From Octopus bimaculoides (lineage: Eukaryota), in NCBI RefSeq assembly GCF_001194135.2, contig NC_068985.1:95799341-95863340 (forward strand): a DNA stretch of 64,000 nt. Reading direction: 5' to 3'. How positions within the stretch are numbered: the first letter of the stretch is position 1; each line of letters opens with the position of its first letter. The notes beneath the pieces are model-generated. The model had not been told where the DNA came from. It saw nothing but the letters and a program-made list of their open reading frames with translations, and made no database searches. A program made the translations under genes and the position numbers. Positions 61,971-64,000 of the stretch are shown here, one piece after another.

Positions 61971-64000
61971 AACAGAGAGAATATTGGCAAAAGAAATATC
62001 ACCATCATGGCATGGGTTGAATGGTTTGACAGAATCCAGGGGTCTCACAGACTGCTTCATGCTCTAGTAGTTCTGTTGATCTTACATTATAAGTCTCCCA
62101 CATTACGGAACAAAGTCTCTCATTACAGAATGCAGCTTCTTACATTACAGAAGAATTCTAATTTGAATAAAAACTTTAAAACAAAATGGGTGTGAATCAC
62201 AAAATCAAAGAAAAGTTGGTACCAACAGAGTTAAAAAAAAAAAATTGGGGGAATCCAAAAACCCGAAGTATAATTCTAATTTTAGAAGCAGTACACCCAT
62301 GATAAATTAATCACATCTTGATACGAAAATATTTGAACAAGCTTTTTTAGATGACAATCTAACCCTATTCTACATAAAACATTTTCCTCTAGATATGGTT
62401 AGAAGATATCTACTAAAAACTTCATTATTTCGAAATTAATGTAAAATGTATTTTACATACTTTACAATTAATCACTAAATTTTGCTGATCGGGGTGTGAG
62501 GTGTGTCCTAGGAAAACAAACAACTGAATATTTCAGGTTTTAGTCATGTTGAACATTCAAAATGTTTAACGAATTTGTGCTAGATATTTAATTAACCAGT
62601 CCAAAAATTTTTGGACCAACTGAAAATATTTCACATTTTATCAGGTTAGTCAAGTACAGTTTATTTCCAGGAAATATCTTGGATATTAGATCACTGAGCT
62701 TGCCTCAATCTAATCTTAATGAATTTCTAATTTATATTTATCTGGTAATATACAAAAATCTCAACTTTGACCAGAGACACACCTATTAATAACAACAGCA
62801 GTTGACTTCACTCATCACTGCCCCATTCATATCATAACCTCTTGTCTGATAACAAAAACTAAGGGCTAAGACACTGCTCTCATCACCATCTGACAAACCT
62901 ACTGGCATTTTAATGAGCTAATGAGGTAACCTATGAAGCAGTCACTCAACAATAGAAATAACAGTCATCATCATTTTAATGTCTGTTTTCCATTGGTGTG
63001 GACAGAATTCATTGAGGCAGATTTTAACCAGATGTTCTTCCTGTTGTTAACCCTTCAGGGGTTTTCAAGTAAAGTAATATACTTCCCCATGTCCAAACAA
63101 GTTTTCATGGACAATGGTAACATACAGTTACAACCATCACACACACTCAAGACACTAACACACATTGTGGTGGTTGCGTGGTAAAGAGTTTGCTTCCCTT
63201 CCATAAGGTTCTGGGTTCAGTCCCACTGCATGACACCTTGGGTAAGTGCCTTCTACTATAGCATCAGAATAACCAAAGCCTTGTAAGTAGATTTGGTAGA
63301 TGGAAACTGAAAGAAGCTTATGTACATATATATATATATATATANNNNNNNNNNGAAAGAGAGAGAGACACACACATGCAAGCTTGTGTGTGATACCACC
63401 ATTTGACGACCAGTGTTGGTATATTTACATCCCCATAACTTAGCATTTCAACAAAAGAGACTGATAGAATAAGCTATAAAAAAAAAAGTACTGGAGTCAA
63501 TTTATTCAACTAAAAACTCTTCAAGGCAGTGCCCCAGCATGGCCACAGTGTGACAGAAACAAGTAAAAGATAAAAGATGGTCTTAATAGAATAGCCTTTG
63601 CTCGTACGTCTTCTCAATCAGGTTGACCAGGGGTTAAACAACAGGTATATTTATATAACAGTTACACAGTTTTTTTATCTTATTTTATAGATGGTAACGA
63701 ACAGAAATGCTTCATCTTGATAGTAATCTTAAGCCTAGATTATAGCTGGATGAACTGAAACTAGAAGATGACAAAGCCAGATGGTACACAAAAATCTATT
63801 TTGGGGTTTGCTATCTCCCCAACCTGTTTTTATTAACATTCCTTCCTTACCAAATTAACCCTTTCCTTACCGTATTTCTCTTGAGATGCTCTAGGCTTCT
63901 TTCAATTACTTTAAATATAACAAAGAATTTAGTAAAATAACTTAGTTATCGTTAAGCTAGTGTTAGGAACATAAACTGTAACTAAGGTTTGGTGGAAGGT

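Overview
AT-rich, repeat-dense eukaryotic genomic DNA from a draft assembly with nine N-gaps and one Illumina adapter remnant. The SINE families and microsatellite style resemble octopus (coleoid cephalopod) DNA; this is my inference, not a database result. Almost all ORFs in the supplied track are microsatellite, gap or repeat noise. One gene is well supported: the last two coding exons of a minus-strand PMP22/EMP/MP20/claudin-superfamily tetraspan (11828-11971 and 10046-10245). Its N-terminal exon(s) were not found. A second, unidentified minus-strand gene is suggested by three phase-compatible candidate exons (6734-6821, 2261-2307, 1963-2140). The rest is a layered record of mobile DNA: several tRNA-derived SINE families in dozens of copies, degenerate CRE-clade and HERO-like (restriction-like endonuclease) retrotransposon ends, a CR1/L2-type LINE end sharing its tail with the dominant SINE, an RTE-type 3' end, Tc1/mariner and hAT MITEs, and a Helentron-like element. 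The most notable non-coding signal is an apparently intact minimal type I hammerhead ribozyme (2980-3035, minus) in a Penelope-like terminal repeat, with degenerate relatives either side of the claudin-like exon. I found no evidence for a wholly new biological system. All family assignments come from remembered motifs and need confirming by search. Most repeat boundaries are approximate.
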